Positions 32,003 through 41,520 of a DNA stretch of 64,000 bases are shown here, piece by piece. The notes below the pieces were generated by a model that was not told the DNA's origin, did no database searches, and worked only from the letters and a program-made list of their open reading frames with translations. Position 1 is the first letter of the stretch, and the number at the start of each line of letters is the position of its first letter. The DNA lies in contig CAWJYV010000007.1 in the NCBI GenBank assembly GCA_963847185.1, positions 448,001 to 512,000 of the forward strand. Reading direction: 5' to 3'. Source of the stretch: an uncultured Methanosarcinaceae archaeon. GTDB taxonomy: Archaea; Halobacteriota; Methanosarcinia; Methanosarcinales; Methanosarcinaceae. Both the position numbers and the translations under genes were made by a program.

Positions 32003-32953
32003 TTACCAGAGAATAGAGGTATAAGCTCCCACATAAATGCACAGCACCACATCAAGGATCATTGACCCAAACATAATTGCTCTGTAGTTTGAGCCGTTAA
32101 GGAAGAGTGCGCCGCCTCTCTCAGGGGTGGGATGTTTGATAAAGTCAAAACATTGCATAAGCATCCAGAGCCCTGAAGCAAGGGCTCCTGCAAAATACAC
32201 AGGTCCGAGCTGAGCTGACCAGCCTATGATTACTGAGGCAATAACCCCGATAACCCACCAGAAAGTAACGAATCTGGCAGTTAAAGGAATTCCAAAGGTT
32301 ACTGGAAGTGTTGGAGCACCTTTCAGCCTGTCTCCTTCAACATCTCTGGCAACACCTCCAAGGGTAAAAGCCCAGTCCGTAACACACATCATGAGCCCGA
32401 AACAGATCGCTGAGAGGGGCAGAATTACTCCGTCGCTGCCTTTCAGAATCCCAGCCGGGTCAAAGGCAAGCCAGACACCAACAGGTACAAGCCCGTATGA
32501 AATTCCCACAGGCAGAAAGCTGAGGAAAGTACTCCTCTTTGCAAAGATTGAATAAACAGTAATAATCCCCGCCGCGATAAAAAGAATCAGGAGAGACTCA
32601 GGGTTCAGGTAAAAGGCCGCTGCACCTGCAATTCCCAAAAGCAGGATTGCATAAGCAAGTGCTGCACTCTTTGAAACTCTGGAAGAAGGCAAAGGGCGAT
32701 TTGGAATATTGATTGTATCAATATCAACATCACACCAGTCATTAAAAACATATGAACTTGTAATAGCTGCAAAGCCTCCTATGACTGCAATCAGGAAGGG
32801 TAATAATTCAGGAAGCCCTCCGGTCGCCAGGTAAGAAGCCAGGATTGCACTCGAGGCCGGGAGGGTGAGATCCATGTAGTAGAGTTCGGGTCTCAAAAGC
32901 CGGAGATAAGGGCTGATTTCCCCGATCCTTGCTGTAAGGGACAATAGTTTCAC
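32003..32953 (-). CDS. UbiA family prenyltransferase
   Basis: NDWCDVDIDTINIPNRPLPS and RDVEGDRLKGAPTLP Asp-rich motifs; about 9 TM helices. Confidence 0.92.
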   Translation of the reverse strand: MKLLSLTARIGEISPYLRLLRPELYYMDLTLPASSAILASYLATGGLPELLPFLIAVIGGFAAITSSYVFNDWCDVDIDTINIPNRPLPSSRVSKSAALAYAILLLGIAGAAAFYLNPESLLILFIAAGIITVYSIFAKRSTFLSFLPVGISYGLVPVGVWLAFDPAGILKGSDGVILPLSAICFGLMMCVTDWAFTLGGVARDVEGDRLKGAPTLPVTFGIPLTARFVTFWWVIGVIASVIIGWSAQLGPVYFAGALASGLWMLMQCFDFIKHPTPERGGALFLNGSNYRAIMFGSMILDVVLCIYVGAYTSILW

Positions 32954-33208
32954 CTGCGCTTTTCTATTTTCTTTTGATTTTATATTGAATTTTTGTCTCA
33001 GGAATTTTATTCTTCAGGCTCTTTCTCAATTTAGAAGGTTGTTTACAGGTAGTCCTATAAGTGTTTGCATCTCAAAAAAGTTTTCTTTTTATCTTCTTAG
33101 AGGCAGGTTTTGTGTAAGAAAGTCCTAAGAATTCAGAAATAATCAGGTAAAGTTTAAAAATTTATGAAATATTTATAAAATATTTCTCTTTATTTTCACT
33201 TTCAAAGT

Positions 33209-34681
33209 TCATTCTTTTTTCCAGGCTTCTCTGTATATCAGTTTTGCTTTTTTACTTATATCTTCAATTAGCGGATGGCTGAACTCTTTTTCGCAGACAA
33301 ATGTATATTCTGCTTGCGGATTCAGGTCAATCAGTTTAAGGGTATTCGAGAGAGCTGTGCTGAGGGATTCGTAGTCCGGAAATTTCGGAACCTCTGCGTT
33401 AAAAGGATAAACTTCCTCCATTTCGACAGGAAACGCTCCAAAGGGTGCTTTAAAAGTGAGGACTTGATCATAACTTCTCTCTCCTTTTAACTGGCCTGTG
33501 CGAATAAGTACGGAGCCTTCCAGACTGAACCTTTCCAGCCTCTTCCCAAAGCGCAGGACTTCCGGACGGGAGGATGATTCTGGCCCGCAGTAGAAATAAG
33601 TTCCTTTTGTCGCCGGGTCAAACTGTTCCAGCCAGGAGGAATGGGTATAAAGCTTTTTCAGCCCATCAAGAAGCTTTGGATGAGCACGGCAACGCTGCTC
33701 TACAAGCTCGAGTAAATTTCCATCCTTTATGCACTGCTTAATCAGCCGGATTTCAGCAAAAGTTGCATAGAGGTTATGCCTTCCCAGAAGCTCTTCTTTA
33801 TTTTCCGCCTTTTTCAGTTCTTCGGCAGTATATTTTGAACATATGGGACAGGAACAGGGCAGATAATTTAGTTTCTCCACATGGTAAGTCCCATGTGCAG
33901 TAATATATCTTCCGTCCTTGGCATAGAGGGCATACGCTGCCGAATCAAAAAGATCACAGCCCAGAGCCACTGCAAGAGCGAACATCATTGGATGCCCTGC
34001 CCCGAAAAGATGTACAGGTGATGCTGGAGAAAGCCCTTTTTTGGACGCTGCAATCACATCAACAAGTTCTGCGTACCGGTAGGCTTCCATGAGAGGGACA
34101 ACTGCTCCCAGTGGATATACTTCAAAGTTCAGGGTTTTGAGGTGGGAAGCTGCTTTTTCTCTCAGTTCCGGATAAGTTGAACCCTGAACCGGGCCTGCAA
34201 GGAGCTGTTCCCCCTGAATGAATTTACGGGCAGCTTCCAGCCTTTCGGCCGTAATTACCAGTTCCTCTTCAGCCCTCCTGAAGTGAACGTCAGGAGGTGT
34301 GGGAATATCCAGAGGGACAATAATATCGCTTCCTATTTTTTGCTGGAAGCCGAGAATTTCTTCGTTCGTAACTTCCACTGATCCGTACACGGATAACTGG
34401 AAAGAACCCGAGTCAGTCATTATAGGTCCATTAAAGTCCAGAAGTCCGTGCAGTCCTTTCTCAAGGGCGACTTTTTTAAGCTCTTCCTTTCGGTATATAA
34501 TATAGGAATTTGTAATCAGGATCTCTGCCCCGAAACTTCGCATTTCTCTCGGGGGGATAAGCTGGATATTTGGATTAATTACAGGCATAACTGTAGGTGT
34601 CTCAACAGTCCCGTGGGGAGTTTTGAGCCTTCCTATTCTGCCGCCTGCGTCCTTGTCGAGAATTTCGAATATTGTTGACAT
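33209..34681 (-). CDS. tgtA: archaeosine tRNA-guanine(15) transglycosylase, N-terminal subunit lacking the PUA domain
   Basis: ETPTVMPV, MTDSGSFQ, PVQG, HLFGAGHP, DLFDSAAY, CSCPIC zinc motif. Confidence 0.95.
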   Translation of the reverse strand: MSTIFEILDKDAGGRIGRLKTPHGTVETPTVMPVINPNIQLIPPREMRSFGAEILITNSYIIYRKEELKKVALEKGLHGLLDFNGPIMTDSGSFQLSVYGSVEVTNEEILGFQQKIGSDIIVPLDIPTPPDVHFRRAEEELVITAERLEAARKFIQGEQLLAGPVQGSTYPELREKAASHLKTLNFEVYPLGAVVPLMEAYRYAELVDVIAASKKGLSPASPVHLFGAGHPMMFALAVALGCDLFDSAAYALYAKDGRYITAHGTYHVEKLNYLPCSCPICSKYTAEELKKAENKEELLGRHNLYATFAEIRLIKQCIKDGNLLELVEQRCRAHPKLLDGLKKLYTHSSWLEQFDPATKGTYFYCGPESSSRPEVLRFGKRLERFSLEGSVLIRTGQLKGERSYDQVLTFKAPFGAFPVEMEEVYPFNAEVPKFPDYESLSTALSNTLKLIDLNPQAEYTFVCEKEFSHPLIEDISKKAKLIYREAWKKE

Positions 34682-35100
34682 GCCGGCGTTATAGATGCCT
34701 CTCAGATATATTTATCTTTGGGGTGACGGCTTTACCATAAATTTACTTATCTTTTTCCAGCTTTTTGGATGGTATTTCACATTCTTTATATTATTTGTCT
34801 TTTTTACTTTAAACTAATATTTTTGCTCCAAAAAAGATGAAGTAATAATTTTGGGAGTCCCCCCTGATAATGACAACACTTTACTTACCTTGAGAATTAG
34901 TTTAGAATAATTTAATTAAGTTTATATAATAGCATTCCGCGAACATATAAATAAAAATCATGGATTTAGAAATCTCAGCCTTAAAGTATTTTTATCCATT
35001 TAAACCGTATTACTTCTAGGTTCAAAAATCGATGTCAATAAAAGCAGAGCTTTTGAAGGCTAATCAAGTGATGTAAAAATAATTAGTAGAGGTCTTTGTT

Positions 35101-37005
35101 TTGTGGCAATTAAAAAAAATTGGAATATTATTAGTTCTAATAGGCTTTGCACTACAGGCCGCTATTGGCAGTGCAGCAGCTACAACGTTTTACGTTGACA
35201 CTGGAGGGCAGGGAAATTACACAACGATCCAGAGTGCTGTAAATGACGCTAGCGAGGGCGACACGATCATAGTCAATTCTGGAGTGTATTCTGAGAGAGT
35301 TACTGTGGATAAGATGATTATTTTAAAAGGCGCGTCAGGCTATCCAACAGTTGTCGATGGATTTGAAATAGATGCAGCTGGTACCCAGGTAAATGGGTTT
35401 ACCATTAAAGGTTGGATCTGGTTTGATATGGGAGCTGGATCCTGCATCATCCGGAACAATAGATTTGAAGGAGCCGGCGTGAGTATAGGTAACAACTATC
35501 TTCATGGAAATCAGACTATAATAAATAACATCTTTACGGACAGTTCAGCCGCTATATCAACATATGATAGTATGGACAATAAAATTATCGGAAATAAGAT
35601 TCAAAACTGTAGTACAGGTGTAGAGCTTTTGTCCGGGGGAGGAGGCCACGTCATTACCGGAAATAATATCACAGATTGTGATGTGGGCATAAAATTATCC
35701 GATGAATCTGCTACAATTTATAATAACTACTTCAATAACAATATTAACCTGCAGACAGCAGATGAATTTGCAGGAACAACTCTAAACACTACTAAAACAA
35801 AAGATACAAACATAATAGGCGGTCCTTACATAGGTGGTAACTTCTGGGGCTCTCCTTCAGGAGACGGGTTTTCTCAGACTCAGTTAGATGCAAATAATGA
35901 TGGTATCGCTGAGTCTATATTTCAAATAAATGAGAATATCATTGACTACATGCCTCTGATAATCTCCAGAGCCGAGCCTGTGCCTTCACTTCCAGTAGCA
36001 AATTTCCAGATAAATATCAGTCAGGGCCCTGCTCCTCTTTCTGTTACATTTACTGATCTTTCTGAAAATATAGTTTCGAGGAGCTGGGACTTTGAAAATG
36101 ACGGAAAGATCGACTCTACAGGCAAAACCGAAGTCCATGTGTATATTGTCCCAGGAACATATACAGTAAATCTTACAGTTGCCAATGAGATTGGACTAGC
36201 TTCGAAACTTGCCACGATAACTGTTACAGAAACAAATGGAAATAGTGGAACAGAGAACACCGGAACGAGTGGAGATTCTTCTGATGGTGGAGATAGTGAT
36301 GGAGGCAATCACCACAGCAATGGTGGTGGAGGCGGTGCAGGGGGATCTCCTGAACCTCAAAAGAATGTTGACGTCAAGGAACTCTCACAAGCATTTGTCA
36401 CAAGTGGAAAAAATGTAAAGTTTGATTTTACGAAGAATGCAACATGTGTTGTTTATGTGACTTTTGGTTCAAAAAAGACCTTTGGAAAGACCACAGCTAT
36501 TGCTGAAATGCTGAAAAATAAATCTTCTCTTGTTTCCGAGCTTCCTGAAGGTGAAGTTTATAAATCCTTTAATGTGTGGGTAGGGAACGGTGGAATAGCT
36601 TCAGAGGAAAACATTGAGAATCCTGTCCTTTGTTTTAAGGTTGAAAAGTCCTGGCTTCAGGATAAAAGTATAGATCCGGCTTCAATCGCCCTCAACTGGT
36701 ATAACGATAAAAAATGGGAGCAGATTCCGGTTAATATGTCAGGGGAAGATGAATACTATCTGTATTTTACGGCCAATGTTTCTGGATTCTCTTCTTTTGC
36801 AATAACAGGAAAATCAAATGACACTGCTGCACAGGAAGTTTCTAAGCAACAGGAAGATAATTTACCTTTCATTGGATCAGTAAGGCTGACCAGTGATGCC
36901 AATGACACTATAGTAAAAGGCGGCCCTGGAAAGAAAACTCCAGGATTTGAGTTTGTTTTTGGAACTGCCTGTTTCTTTGGTGCATTTTATTACAGACGAA
37001 AATAA
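35101..37005 (+). CDS. cell-surface protein: signal peptide, NosD/CASH beta-helix, PKD, Gly/Ser linker, PGF-pre-PGF and PGF-CTERM
   Basis: YTTIQSAVN, GGPYIGGNFW, PVANF..GPAPLSVTFTD, GGSPEPQKNV.VKE, GFSSFAITG, KTPGFE..YRRK. Confidence 0.92.
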   Translation: MWQLKKIGILLVLIGFALQAAIGSAAATTFYVDTGGQGNYTTIQSAVNDASEGDTIIVNSGVYSERVTVDKMIILKGASGYPTVVDGFEIDAAGTQVNGFTIKGWIWFDMGAGSCIIRNNRFEGAGVSIGNNYLHGNQTIINNIFTDSSAAISTYDSMDNKIIGNKIQNCSTGVELLSGGGGHVITGNNITDCDVGIKLSDESATIYNNYFNNNINLQTADEFAGTTLNTTKTKDTNIIGGPYIGGNFWGSPSGDGFSQTQLDANNDGIAESIFQINENIIDYMPLIISRAEPVPSLPVANFQINISQGPAPLSVTFTDLSENIVSRSWDFENDGKIDSTGKTEVHVYIVPGTYTVNLTVANEIGLASKLATITVTETNGNSGTENTGTSGDSSDGGDSDGGNHHSNGGGGGAGGSPEPQKNVDVKELSQAFVTSGKNVKFDFTKNATCVVYVTFGSKKTFGKTTAIAEMLKNKSSLVSELPEGEVYKSFNVWVGNGGIASEENIENPVLCFKVEKSWLQDKSIDPASIALNWYNDKKWEQIPVNMSGEDEYYLYFTANVSGFSSFAITGKSNDTAAQEVSKQQEDNLPFIGSVRLTSDANDTIVKGGPGKKTPGFEFVFGTACFFGAFYYRRK

Positions 37006-37289
37006 CAAGGTGAAGGGGGGTTACCCTTCATCCCAATCTTTTTTAGCAATACTCATATAAGTGTCAACTATCTAAATATTTTTCATAAAATAGCCACGAC
37101 ACTAGTAAATAGAATGTCGATAAGTATACGGGCTGTTAAGCGATAGATTTAGCAGCGCAAACAAACCCCCAGTTATAAACCCTATATAAAGCAAAATATG
37201 TCAAGGTACTTTCGGATTGGACTCGAACGTTGTATCACAAAGAGCATTCTCTAATTAAAAAAAATATGATGAGTGATAAGTAAATTTTC

Positions 37290-37412
37290 GGCTCTGTAGA
37301 AAACCTACGGAATAACAAATCTACATTAATTTGAACTGAACCTTATGATCTACATTTTCCATAGTTGGTTTCAGTCCCTTAATGCTGATTTAGATAGGTT
37401 TTCTACAGAGCC
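37290..37412. mobile_element. MITE (123 bp) with 18-bp perfect TIRs and 8-bp target-site duplication
   Basis: ggctctgtagaaaaccta ... taggttttctacagagcc flanked by aaattttc at 37282-37289 and 37413-37420. Confidence 0.92.
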
Positions 37413-37448
37413 AAATTTTCTACTATTAAAATACAAGGCGGTATATAA

Positions 37449-38339
37449 ATGAGAAAAAGAAATTTGCTGCTAATTCCTATATTTCTTACTCTTCTAATTG
37501 TGGGATTGTTTGCCCATGCTATTTACATGGATCAAAATGATTGGAGAGAGGACTCACTTAGATATAATTGTGGTTATACGGTCAGTGTGACAGGCCTTTC
37601 CGGAAAAGAAGTACAGGGGACAACAGTGATAATGGTTCCTATCCCCGCATCTAAGGAAGGCAAATTTTTTACTCCACCTACTCAGAAAGATCCTTATTTT
37701 ACCCAGAAACTAATGCATGAGATCCTGAATTGGCCTGAAGAAGACCGCAAAGGGCCCTATTTCAGAAATGCAACTGAATTTTTTGATGACAAAGAAACAA
37801 TTGGAGACTGGACAACTTTCATTGCAGAAACCGACAAAGGCTACATGCTCGGATTCAGGACAAACGAGACGAGGCTCAAGGATATCGAATTTGGTGATAG
37901 CTTCGTCGTAGATCATTTTGATGTTTTTGATCCTATAAATAATGGGAGCCCTATATTATTCCCAATTGAAAACGTTTCTAATATTTCTTCCGTCCCTTAT
38001 GGAGATTACAATATGTATGCTTCAAGTCCGACATATGATACCTACGTCTATGTAAGTGATAATCTAAAACGAGGGGAACCATTATCTTTCGATATCGAGC
38101 TGGATGCAAATAACGATCCGACAGAGTGGCCTGAAAAATACAGGGGTCGATACTTAAATCTAGTATTATCGAATGTTAACGACACAGGCTATGTAAAAGT
38201 CAGGGTTTTTCTGGGACAGGTACTGCCTCAAGGAAATAATATTATTTCTCTATTTGAGAGTCAATATATTAGAGATTACTATGATAATAAAACGTCTCAC
38301 GTTATAAACGAAACTCTCAGTTACACAGACGTTGAATGA
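37449..38339 (+). CDS. N-terminally membrane-anchored hypothetical protein, paralog A (candidate immunity protein)
   Basis: MRKRNLLLIPIFLTLL anchor; extensive identical blocks shared with 40191..41090. Confidence 0.85.
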   Translation: MRKRNLLLIPIFLTLLIVGLFAHAIYMDQNDWREDSLRYNCGYTVSVTGLSGKEVQGTTVIMVPIPASKEGKFFTPPTQKDPYFTQKLMHEILNWPEEDRKGPYFRNATEFFDDKETIGDWTTFIAETDKGYMLGFRTNETRLKDIEFGDSFVVDHFDVFDPINNGSPILFPIENVSNISSVPYGDYNMYASSPTYDTYVYVSDNLKRGEPLSFDIELDANNDPTEWPEKYRGRYLNLVLSNVNDTGYVKVRVFLGQVLPQGNNIISLFESQYIRDYYDNKTSHVINETLSYTDVE

Positions 38340-38896
38340 AGTCTTTCAGTTGGCCAGATTTCTATGAATTTTACCTGGCCATTTTAATGGTTTCACTTGA
38401 TTGCAGTGACCAAAATAAGGGTGACAGAGGCTCCCTTAGAACAACTTTCTGGTCTTTTTTTGATTATCTTGCTATATGATCTTTTAATTCTTTTTAAAAC
38501 CACTTTGCTAAATTGTTATAATATATTTTCAAGCATATTGACTCAAATATAGCAAAAGTGAACGTAAATTTTCAAATCTCCATTTTTTTATTTAAACTAA
38601 TTCTATTTATTACGACAGATGTACTATTATATAATCTTTTTGTGCAAATTCTCGAACAATAGGGTTCATAAAATTATTAAAAGCTCAAAAAGACTCTAAA
38701 ATCAGTCATTTCAAGGATTGAGTCCCAAATATATATAAACACGTGGCTAAAAGTAGTTTGTAGAGTTTAAATTCACTCTGGGGAGCCTATTTAAACTCCA
38801 CATTGCCCTAAAAGGCATGATTATGTTAGCTTTGCGTATATTTAAGGCTTAGCTTACCTGATTCTGCCTCCTGGGAGATTAACAGGAGTAGTATAA

Positions 38897-40072
38897 ATGA
38901 CGTTAAAGAGAACAGGAATAGGAATACTTCTTTTGACAATGCTGCTGGTGAGCGTAACATTTGTGCCAGCAGCGAGTGCAGCGGCTGATAAGGCAAGCGC
39001 AAAGAATGCCTCTGATAGTAAAGTCGAAACTTACGGTATCAAAGGGCTTGATGCTAAGAAGGTAAAGCAGATAGAAGAAGAAGTCAGTAGTATCAAGAAG
39101 ATGCCGAATACTGTCAAGAAATGTCCTTACATGGCTCTGCTTGTAGCGAACGATAAGGAAAAAGAGATTTTCCTGGGCTATATTGACAAATTGTCAGTAT
39201 CCGATTCTGAAAAAAGTGAAATGAAAAATGCACTGCAAGATATCTGGAGCCGTGTTCCAAATGGAATCACGGAAGAAGATTATCCAGTAATGAAAAAAAT
39301 TGGAAAGGAAATAACCACATATGTTGAAGAGACTTATTGGGCAGGCGATCAAAGTGCTAAATGGATGACAGTAGCACACAAAAATCTAATTTCCGCTGGT
39401 GTCAACCTGATATATACAAACTCTAATTGGGCAAACACGGCATCTGGTGCTGCCATGCTGCCTGATACTACTATTGATACGGGTTCAATCTCTGTACCTG
39501 TACCTACTCCGTTGGGTTTGGTAACGATTTCGATTCCTAAAACATGTTATTACCACTACTATAATCCTGATGTCAGTTTCGGGGGAGCTCCAGGGAAATG
39601 CTCTTCCTACGCAGCAACAGCGAAAACCTACTATAAGAACAAGGACTACACAAACGCTTTCAAAAATCTTGGAATTGCCAGTCACTATCTTTCAGATGTA
39701 GGACAGCCAATGCACTCTGGTGGGGAATCAGGATCGCTTAAGGATTATTTGCTAAATTGGAATGGAAATTATTACCATTATCGATACGAAAAATACGTGG
39801 ATAATAATTGGATCAATGGCCACAATTTTGGGAAATATGTTACTAGAAACACCCAAGTGAAGACAGTAACCGACCCTGCTGCAGCGGTAAGATCGATGGC
39901 ACAATATAGCAATGCTTACTCCACTAAGTTATGGGCCGAAATTTATGCTCATCCAAATTTCGATAAATCAGGTAATGCGGATGATACTACATATATACAA
40001 TATGTAACGATAATTATGAACCAGGAAGCAGCAAAGTATAACGCTGGTCTGGCAAAATATATGAAGAGTTAA
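38897..40072 (+). CDS. secreted zinc-dependent phospholipase C / S1-P1 nuclease fold protein with a long propeptide
   Basis: Signal peptide (..FVPAASA); W156-x4-H, PD, HYY, HYLSDVGQPMH and HYRYE trinuclear-Zn motifs. Confidence 0.85.
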   Translation: MTLKRTGIGILLLTMLLVSVTFVPAASAAADKASAKNASDSKVETYGIKGLDAKKVKQIEEEVSSIKKMPNTVKKCPYMALLVANDKEKEIFLGYIDKLSVSDSEKSEMKNALQDIWSRVPNGITEEDYPVMKKIGKEITTYVEETYWAGDQSAKWMTVAHKNLISAGVNLIYTNSNWANTASGAAMLPDTTIDTGSISVPVPTPLGLVTISIPKTCYYHYYNPDVSFGGAPGKCSSYAATAKTYYKNKDYTNAFKNLGIASHYLSDVGQPMHSGGESGSLKDYLLNWNGNYYHYRYEKYVDNNWINGHNFGKYVTRNTQVKTVTDPAAAVRSMAQYSNAYSTKLWAEIYAHPNFDKSGNADDTTYIQYVTIIMNQEAAKYNAGLAKYMKS

Positions 40073-40190
40073 AAACGGATTATGGAAGCTGAAAACATAA
40101 TTCCACCTACCTCTAGGCTGAAAAATTAGTTTCCATTTTTTTTCTATTTTATAATATTGTTTATTAGAAAAAATACAAGGCGGTATATAA

Positions 40191-41090
40191 ATGAGAAAAA
40201 GAAATTTGCTGCTAATTCCTATCTTTCTTACTCTTCTTGTTGTAGGCATACTATGTTTTTATTCAATCTATACCATAAATGCGGGTATCCATGCGAGGGA
40301 GCCAACTCAAAGATACTACTTTGATTATGATATCAAAGTGACAGGCCTTTCTGGAAAGGAGGTGAATGGAACAACCGTAATAATGGTTCCTATTCCCGCA
40401 TCTAAGGAAGGAAAATTTTTTACTCCATTTACACAAAAGCCTGATTTACTCCAGAAATTTCTGCTAAAAGTTACGCACAAGCCTGAACAAAACCGTGTAG
40501 GTCCCTATTTTGAAAACATGAGTGAGGGACTTGATACTAAAGAGATAACAAAAGGGAAATGGGTAACTTTCATTGCAGAGACTGACAAAGGCTCTATGCT
40601 TGGATTCCGAACAAACGAGACCAAACTTGAAGATATTGATTACGGTGCCTGGTTTGTTGCAGATTATTTTGATATTTTTGATCCCATAAATAATGGAAGC
40701 CCCATGTTATTCCCTGTCGAAAACGTATCTAATGTTTCTTCTGTTCCTTATGGGGACTACACATTGTATACTTCAAATCCGGCTTATGATACCTATGTCT
40801 ACTTAAGTAACAATCTAAAAGGAAGAGAAAATGTGTCTTTCTTTGTCTATTTGAGTGCAAATAATGACCCAAATGAGTGGCCTGAAAAATACAGAGGTCG
40901 GTACAATAATCTACTAGCAGCAAAAGTTAATGACACGGATTATGTAAAAGTCAGGGCTATTCTTGGACAGGAAGTACCATGGGGAAATGACAGTCTTGAA
41001 GTAATGCATACTCAGTATTTTTTAGAGTTTTATGATAATGAAACGTCTAATTATATGAATGAAACTTCCAGCTACACAGAAGTTGCATGA
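40191..41090 (+). CDS. N-terminally membrane-anchored hypothetical protein, paralog B (candidate cognate immunity protein)
   Basis: Paralog of 37449..38339 directly downstream of the PLC gene. Confidence 0.85.
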   Translation: MRKRNLLLIPIFLTLLVVGILCFYSIYTINAGIHAREPTQRYYFDYDIKVTGLSGKEVNGTTVIMVPIPASKEGKFFTPFTQKPDLLQKFLLKVTHKPEQNRVGPYFENMSEGLDTKEITKGKWVTFIAETDKGSMLGFRTNETKLEDIDYGAWFVADYFDIFDPINNGSPMLFPVENVSNVSSVPYGDYTLYTSNPAYDTYVYLSNNLKGRENVSFFVYLSANNDPNEWPEKYRGRYNNLLAAKVNDTDYVKVRAILGQEVPWGNDSLEVMHTQYFLEFYDNETSNYMNETSSYTEVA

Positions 41091-41520
41091 AGTCCTTAAA
41101 TTTGTTATGTTTCTGTGAAGTCTTCGTTACCTAGTCACCTAATATTTACCTTCATTGCAGTGGGCAACCTAAAAGCAACGAAGACATTCCATGACCCAAC
41201 GCTGTAATTTATGTGTACACTATTTGAATATCGAGTGTTTATAATAATTCAATAAGTGCCTTATAGGTTGGCTTTCCACAAATGTGTTCGTAATTACATT
41301 TTTCTGGACACTAGATATTCACTTCCGTTAATATTACAAAAATATTCATAAACGTTATTTTTTACACTATATTCCATAATTAAATAACCTGAAGTATGTT
41401 TTTATTCGAAGATAAGCGCCTGTAGTTTGAAACATATCGGGAAGTCAGGTAAAGAGATATTGATACTGGAGTGTAACGAATATGTTGAAAAAAATTGCGA
41501 ATCATTCACAAAAAATAGAA

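Noticed and set aside
33209-34681. tgtA lacking the C-terminal PUA domain
   Set aside because: Split-type ArcTGT is already known in Methanosarcina; neither a truncation nor novel
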